64,000 nt of DNA, from positions 1,536,001 through 1,600,000 of the forward strand of contig OY759746.1 in NCBI GenBank assembly GCA_963662795.1. The letters run 5' to 3'. The notes under the pieces were generated by a model. It worked only from the letters and a program-made list of their open reading frames with translations. It made no database searches and was not told where the DNA came from. Positions 58,447 through 64,000 of this stretch are shown piece after piece; position 1 is the stretch's first letter, and each line of letters opens with the position of its first letter. This DNA comes from Spirochaetia bacterium. GTDB taxonomy: Bacteria > Spirochaetota > Spirochaetia > CADAEX01. The position numbers were made by a program, and so were the translations under genes.

Positions 58447-58554
58447 TCAAAGTATATATTAAAAAAATTATATGTAAAGGATAAATATCATAAGTGTTTC
58501 TATGGCATGAATAGAGTTGAAATCTAAATATAAAAGCAATATACTCAAAGCATA

Positions 58555-58959
58555 ATGGATACTAAAAAAGTCGACAGAATATTATCAGGAGATAAATTTG
58601 CCCTGGTTTCCGGCATAACGCTTATTTCCATAGGTGACGGGGAAGCAGTCGCATCTGTTAATGTTGAGGACAGACATTACAACGGAGTCGGGATTGTACA
58701 GGGCGGACTAATATTTACGCTTGCGGATTTTGCCTTTGCGGCCGCATCAAATTCGCGCGGCAGAATAGCAGTCGCGGTGAGGTGCGATATAAGCTACATA
58801 AAACCTGTTAAAGGCGGAACCCTGACTGCCAGCGCAAAAGAGGTCTCCTGCGGCAATAAAATATCAAACTACCGCGTCAAGATAAATGACAGGACAGGGG
58901 ACCTTGTCGCAGTTTTTAACGGCACAGCATACCGCAAGGATGACAATAACGGAAATTGA
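58555..58959 (+). CDS. PaaI-like hotdog-fold thioesterase
   Basis: HYNGVGIVQGGLIFTLADFAFAAASNS. Confidence 0.9.
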   Translation: MDTKKVDRILSGDKFALVSGITLISIGDGEAVASVNVEDRHYNGVGIVQGGLIFTLADFAFAAASNSRGRIAVAVRCDISYIKPVKGGTLTASAKEVSCGNKISNYRVKINDRTGDLVAVFNGTAYRKDDNNGN

Positions 58960-59026
58960 ACATATTTCCGCCGGTGTACGGAATGTGAAATATCATTTAT
59001 CCCGCAGACCGGCAGAAGAATATCTG

Positions 59027-59137
59027 CTAAGCCTTGACCCTGTCAATGAAGCTCTTTAGTGTAATATTTTCCGCTGTCAGCTGAAACAAAGATGATGAAT
59101 AAAAAAATATAAAAAACAGAATAATAAATTTTTTCAT
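59027..59137 (-). pseudogene. Truncated secreted-protein gene (signal peptide only) or small protein
   Basis: GGAGG RBS; MKKFIILFFIFFYSSSLFQLTAENITLKSFIDRVKA*. Confidence 0.45.
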
Positions 59138-59302
59138 TTGCAGCCTCCGTCTTAAGCATATAATATATATAGATTTTTATATATTAACAAATTAATTAAC
59201 TCCATTATAATAATTACTATAGATTATTTATCTGCCGGTTGTTAAATTAAATATGGCGTTCCGAATTTTATTCCGGATGACGTGATAAGTGAGGAAATGA
59301 GG

Positions 59303-60025
59303 ATGAAAAACAATTACGATAAACTGAATGCTGCCATGGTTATTTCAGCATCAATTATTATCTCATCCATGGTTCTCGGGGTCCTTTTTTATAAGGCAAG
59401 GGCTGAAAATCCCTCCCTGATAGTAAAAGGGCTTGCTGAGAGAGAGGTTAAGGCAGACCTCGCGCTTTGGGAGATTAATTTCTCGGCAGGGGGAGATGAC
59501 CCCGCAACGATACAGGGCAAGCTTGACCGCGACCGTGATGCGGTAGTCTCATTCATAAAAAAGCAGGGTTTTACAGAGGCGGAGATCATCCCTGGCCGTC
59601 TTTTAATGATTGACAAGCTGGCATACGGCTATTACCAGGAAGGGCAGAAGGGAGAAAGGTATCAGGTGCGGACTTCCGTAATACTGCGTTCTGAAAATGT
59701 TGATCTGATCGACAGGGTAAGCAGAATGACGGGCGACCTTGTGAAACTCGGGGTAGTTTTAAGCGAGAATTATTCCGGCCCTTCATTTTTATTTACAAGA
59801 CTCAATGAAATCAAGGGCGAGATGCTTGATGAGGCAGTTGTCAATGCAAGAAAAGCTGCCGATACTTTTGCCGCGAAAACCGGTTCTTCAATCAGGGGGA
59901 TAAAAAGCGCCAACCAGGGAATTTTTTCAATTCTTCCCCGTGACATGACAGCCGGCGCGATGGAAGAGCATCAGATCCATAAAACAGTCAGGGTAGTATC
60001 GACTATCGATTATTATATTAAATAA
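59303..60025 (+). CDS. SIMPL (DUF541) domain protein
   Basis: VKGLAEREVKADLALW, SANQGIFSI and KTVRVVSTIDY. Confidence 0.9.
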   Translation: MKNNYDKLNAAMVISASIIISSMVLGVLFYKARAENPSLIVKGLAEREVKADLALWEINFSAGGDDPATIQGKLDRDRDAVVSFIKKQGFTEAEIIPGRLLMIDKLAYGYYQEGQKGERYQVRTSVILRSENVDLIDRVSRMTGDLVKLGVVLSENYSGPSFLFTRLNEIKGEMLDEAVVNARKAADTFAAKTGSSIRGIKSANQGIFSILPRDMTAGAMEEHQIHKTVRVVSTIDYYIK

Positions 60026-60184
60026 TAATTCAGAATAGTGTATTTATGCGGATAAGGGTGAAAATAACAATATTCATTGCGTTATATTATTAATCTTATG
60101 GCATTTTAAGAATTTCCTTGCAGTTTTTGAGTTTATCTCTGATAATTAAATGTATCAAAGCAATAAAATAAACAGGAGTACGAT

Positions 60185-60673
60185 ATGGATATGTATGAAT
60201 ATTCAATTCAGATGGAGAAAGATGCTGAAGCGTTATATCTGGACCTTGCAGATAAAAGCAAGGTAGGCGGAATAAAAAAGGTATTTAAAATGCTTGCTGA
60301 GGATGAAGCATGGCACCAGAAAACAATAAAAAGCCTTCAGAAAAAGGCTGATGTAGATTCCAAAAAGGGTTCTGCCAAAGAAATTGCTACTGTTTTTGAT
60401 GATATCAGACATAATTTCAGAAATATCAAGCTTGAAGATTCTGCAGTAAAGGATTATGAAAGGGCTCTTGAGATTGAGAAAAAAGGGATCGAGCACTACA
60501 AAAAACTGTTTGAGGAGACAAAAGATCCGAAAACCAAGGATTTATTCGACCTTCTGATGAAGCAGGAATCCTATCACCTTAAAACAGTTGATAATCTTCT
60601 GGATATGGTCAGAAAGCCTGAATGGTGGGTGGAAAATGCTGAATTTACTCCTAAAGGCGATGACTATTACTGA
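60185..60673 (+). CDS. Ferritin-like/rubrerythrin family protein
   Basis: MEKD..Y, LAEDEAWH, IEKKG..Y and QESYH diiron motifs. Confidence 0.9.
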   Translation: MDMYEYSIQMEKDAEALYLDLADKSKVGGIKKVFKMLAEDEAWHQKTIKSLQKKADVDSKKGSAKEIATVFDDIRHNFRNIKLEDSAVKDYERALEIEKKGIEHYKKLFEETKDPKTKDLFDLLMKQESYHLKTVDNLLDMVRKPEWWVENAEFTPKGDDYY

Positions 60674-60758
60674 TAAGCTATTCAGTATTAATGTTATGCG
60701 CAATAGCGTGAGGCATTTTAATTTAACTTCATGCAGGCCTTTCTCCGGAAACATCTGC

Positions 60759-61562
60759 ATGAAGTGTTTTTTTTCATTAATATTTCTATTTTACTTATCA
60801 ATTTTTTCCTGCGCTACGTCTGTCCCTGTGGAATTCGGTGAGGATAAATCTCCGGCAGGCAAGACAGGGTATCCTGAAGTAAACACTTACCGGACATTTG
60901 CTGATATCCCGAAACCGCTTTCTCCGGATGAGCAGAAATTTCTGGTTTCGGCCGGTTCACTGATGGGCCGCCCTCCGGGCTCAAAAGTTACTGTAAACAG
61001 CAGGGTTTTTACCCCTGACTGCATAGGCACAGTATGCGCTGTTTACTACGGAGTAGATTTTGATCTTACAAAAGATTTTTCACGGTATCCGGGCAACGGA
61101 GTAAAAAGTCTCCATGCCAGTCTCGGAGAAAGGGGAGTTCTTTACCGTGATAAATATCCCGGAACAGGCGATGTTGTTTTCCGGGACAATACCTGGGACG
61201 CTAATGAAGACAATGATAAAAACAATGACCCGCTGACCCATGCCGGCGTTGTAATAAAAGTTGAAGAGGATGGAACTGTTTGTTACATGCATTCCCATAT
61301 AACGCGGGGGATTATTGTCGAAGTAATGAATCTCAGACTCCCCACGGAATATTACGGGGATAATCAGAAAATCATAAATAACGCGCTTGCTATGGGTTCA
61401 GGAATTTCAAGACCTGTTAATCCCGGACACTGGCTTTCCGGCGATCTCTGGAATACATTCGGTGATGTTATGAAAACAGGAGAATACCATTCCTGTTCTA
61501 CGGCTTTAAACAACTGTGAAACGTTACAGGAACCTGCTGAAACAAGGATTTCATTGAAATAA
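60759..61562 (+). CDS. Lipoprotein with NlpC/P60/CHAP-like catalytic motifs
   Basis: Lipobox IFSC; DCIG, PGTGDVVF and THAGVV (Cys-His dyad). Confidence 0.72.
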   Translation: MKCFFSLIFLFYLSIFSCATSVPVEFGEDKSPAGKTGYPEVNTYRTFADIPKPLSPDEQKFLVSAGSLMGRPPGSKVTVNSRVFTPDCIGTVCAVYYGVDFDLTKDFSRYPGNGVKSLHASLGERGVLYRDKYPGTGDVVFRDNTWDANEDNDKNNDPLTHAGVVIKVEEDGTVCYMHSHITRGIIVEVMNLRLPTEYYGDNQKIINNALAMGSGISRPVNPGHWLSGDLWNTFGDVMKTGEYHSCSTALNNCETLQEPAETRISLK

Positions 61563-61673
61563 CTGAGCGCTTCCTGATGAAAATATACCTGTATTACTGA
61601 TTATCTGCGGATTAAATAATCGGCAGAACTTTTTTATGTTTGATAGCTCTTAAAGTGGGGAGGAAAATTAATT

Positions 61674-64000
61674 ATGCAGAAAATTTACCATGATCCCGAT
61701 CCCGAAGAAACCAGGGACTGGATTGATTCATTAAAAGGGGTAATTGACAAGGAAGGAGGAGAAAAAGGGGATTACCTGTTGTGTACCCTTACCGACACGG
61801 CCCGCTCAAAAGGGGTGTCAACTTCACCCGGAATAATTTCTCCTTATGTGAATACGGTTTTCCCCCCGGATGCCGCAAAAATACCGGAAGACTCACTTAC
61901 GGCCAGAAATGTCGCCGCTTTTGTCCGCTGGAACGCGATGGCGATGGTGGTTCGCGCAAACAGGGGAGATATGCATCTCGGTGGGCATATCGCAAGTTTT
62001 TCATCATCATCAACGTTATATGAAGTGGGATTTGACTGGTTTTTCAGGGGCCCCGAGTCTGAATCGGGCGCTGATTTGATTTTTTTTCAGGGGCATTCCT
62101 CTCCGGGGATATATGCCCGCGCCTATATCGAAGGAATACTGACTGAGGAAAATCTTGATAATTTCCGGCAGGAAATCGGCGGAAAGGGGCTTTCCTCATA
62201 TCCGCATCCGTATCTTATGCCGGGGTTCTGGCAGTTCCCGACAGTTTCAATGGGGCTCGGTCCCATGATGGCAATCTACCAGGCTAAATTCATGAAATAT
62301 CTTGAAGCAAGGGAGATTATACCGGCGACTGGACGTAAAATCTGGGTTTTCATGGGTGACGGAGAATCTGATGAACCGGAATCCCGCGGTGCCCTTTCCC
62401 TTGCCGCCAGGGAAAAGCTGGACAACCTTATATTTGTTGTTAACTGCAACCTTCAGAGACTTGACGGCCCTGTAAGGGGAAACGGAAAAATTATTCAGGA
62501 ACTTGAGGGGGTTTTCAGGGGAGCCGGCTGGAATGTCATTAAACTGATATGGGGCTCTGAGTGGGATGAAATTATGGCCCGTGATAAAAAAGGGCTTCTT
62601 TATAAAAAATTCAACTCCATGGTTGACGGTGATTTTCAGACAATAAGGTCAAAAGGGCCTGAATATCTGCGTGAAAAGATCTTCGGGGATGATCCCCAGC
62701 TGCTTGAGCTTGTAAAGGATAAAACCGACAGGGAGCTTTGGCAGATGTCCAGGGGCGGCCATGATCCGAGAAAGGTCTATACCGCCTATTCCGAAGCTGT
62801 AAAACATACGGGAGAACCTACCGTAATACTCGCGAAGACAATCAAGGGATTCGGACTGGGGAAGGAAGGCGAATCAGCTATGGGAGCGCATAACGTAAAA
62901 GTCCTTGATATTGAGGCGCTTAAACAGTTCCGCGACCGTTTCCATGTGCCGGTTATTGATGACGACCTCGCGGGCCTCCCGTACATAAAGCCGAAAGAGG
63001 GAAGCAGTGAGGCGGAATTCCTCAAACGGCAGAGGCAAGTCCTGGGCGGCTTTGTCCCGTCAAGAAAATATAAAAAAGAAAAGCTTGAGCTTCCTGCCTT
63101 AAAAATATTTCAGAATCTGCTTGAGTCTTCCGGTGAAAGGGAGATTTCCACAACAATGGCTTTTGTCAGACTTCTCGGTGTGCTGTTAAAGGATAAATCA
63201 ATCGGTAAGAGAATTGTTCCGATTGTCCCGGACGAGGCGCGTACCTTCGGCATGGAAGGCCTTTTCCGGCAGCTGGGAATTTATTCATCCGCCGGTCAGC
63301 AGTATGAGCCCCAGGATTCGGAATCCCTGATGTGGTACAGGGAAGACGCCCGCGGACAGATCCTTGAGGAAGGAATAACCGAAGCAGGCTCCTTTTCCTC
63401 CTGGATAGCGGCCGCTACATCATACGCAAATTACGGCAAGGTTATGATCCCTTTCTATATTTATTATTCCATGTTCGGATTCCAGAGGATAGGGGACCTC
63501 GCCTGGGCCGCGGGAGACAGCCGTGCGCGGGGTTTCCTTCTCGGCGCGACCGCGGGAAGGACAACGCTTAATGGAGAGGGGCTGCAGCATCAGGACGGAC
63601 ACGGCCTTCTGCTTGCGTCAACTCTGCCGAACTGCATTTCCTACGATCCTGCTTTTTCCTATGAGCTTGCTGTTATTATCCATGACGGCCTTAAAAGGAT
63701 GTTTGATAACGAAGAGGATGTCTACTACTACATAACGCTGATGAACGAGAATTACATACAGCCTCAAATGCCTGCCGGAGCTGACGAAGGGATTATAAAA
63801 GGGGTATATCTTTTCAGGAAAGGGGAAGAAAGCAAGACAAGGGTGCAGCTTATGGGAAGCGGCACGATCCTGAGGGAAGTTATCGCCGCTTCAGATCTTC
63901 TTAAGAAGGACTTTGGAATTGAATCAGATATCTGGAGCGCACCCGGAATAAATCAGCTGCACAGGGACGGTATGGAAGCTGAAAGATGGAACATGATCCA
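61674..64000 (+). CDS. aceE: Pyruvate dehydrogenase E1, homodimeric type (partial, runs off the window)
   Basis: Absent from the ORF track; MQKIYHDPDPEETRDW start after GGGAGG; GGHIAS, QGHSSPG, YPHP, GDGESDEPES, NLQRLDGPV and GEGLQHQDG; frame spot-checked at the start, the TPP motif and the window end. Confidence 0.96.
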   Translation, partial: MQKIYHDPDPEETRDWIDSLKGVIDKEGGEKGDYLLCTLTDTARSKGVSTSPGIISPYVNTVFPPDAAKIPEDSLTARNVAAFVRWNAMAMVVRANRGDMHLGGHIASFSSSSTLYEVGFDWFFRGPESESGADLIFFQGHSSPGIYARAYIEGILTEENLDNFRQEIGGKGLSSYPHPYLMPGFWQFPTVSMGLGPMMAIYQAKFMKYLEAREIIPATGRKIWVFMGDGESDEPESRGALSLAAREKLDNLIFVVNCNLQRLDGPVRGNGKIIQELEGVFRGAGWNVIKLIWGSEWDEIMARDKKGLLYKKFNSMVDGDFQTIRSKGPEYLREKIFGDDPQLLELVKDKTDRELWQMSRGGHDPRKVYTAYSEAVKHTGEPTVILAKTIKGFGLGKEGESAMGAHNVKVLDIEALKQFRDRFHVPVIDDDLAGLPYIKPKEGSSEAEFLKRQRQVLGGFVPSRKYKKEKLELPALKIFQNLLESSGEREISTTMAFVRLLGVLLKDKSIGKRIVPIVPDEARTFGMEGLFRQLGIYSSAGQQYEPQDSESLMWYREDARGQILEEGITEAGSFSSWIAAATSYANYGKVMIPFYIYYSMFGFQRIGDLAWAAGDSRARGFLLGATAGRTTLNGEGLQHQDGHGLLLASTLPNCISYDPAFSYELAVIIHDGLKRMFDNEEDVYYYITLMNENYIQPQMPAGADEGIIKGVYLFRKGEESKTRVQLMGSGTILREVIAASDLLKKDFGIESDIWSAPGINQLHRDGMEAERWNMI

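Noticed and set aside
1-64000. CRISPR arrays, tRNA, rRNA, T-box or riboswitch leaders
   Set aside because: No regularly spaced repeats or recognisable conserved RNA motifs seen; a covariance-model scan would be needed to exclude weak ones

Overview
Chromosomal 64-kb window, most likely from a free-living spirochaete (Spirochaetia). This is inferred from the spirochaete-type ParE/ParC and from binding-protein signal peptides ending FAGG/FATG/ASG. Left to right: (1) a decayed IS3-family composite element (115-2838, 3-bp target duplication) carrying marR-MATE, inserted between a DUF6174-like gene and a probable M6 protease gene; (2) lysR, whose 3' end is duplicated around a dead DUF4160/DUF2442 toxin-antitoxin-like pair; (3) a eukaryote-type Prune/Ppx1 exopolyphosphatase divergent from a CYTH-fold protein plus tctCBA, a candidate condensed-phosphate uptake and hydrolysis system; (4) an AT-rich ~30-kb catabolic region with a DeoR-regulated polyol/pentose ABC cluster, relics of a deleted paralogous cluster, and a sigma-54 regulon (gabT, CoA-acylating semialdehyde dehydrogenase, sucCD, two LarA-family racemases, malic enzyme, TRAP, AbgB-like amidohydrolase); (5) core genes parE-parC, lrp-DUF1015-ridA and gatCAB-aspS, with an unannotated sigma-54 promoter that appears to drive a structured ~150-nt RNA; (6) a methyltransferase + isoprenoid-synthase-fold + Lol-type ABC operon, several single genes, and the 5' part of aceE. 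No rRNA, tRNA or CRISPR array was seen. All family assignments come from recognising motifs by eye, not from database searches.
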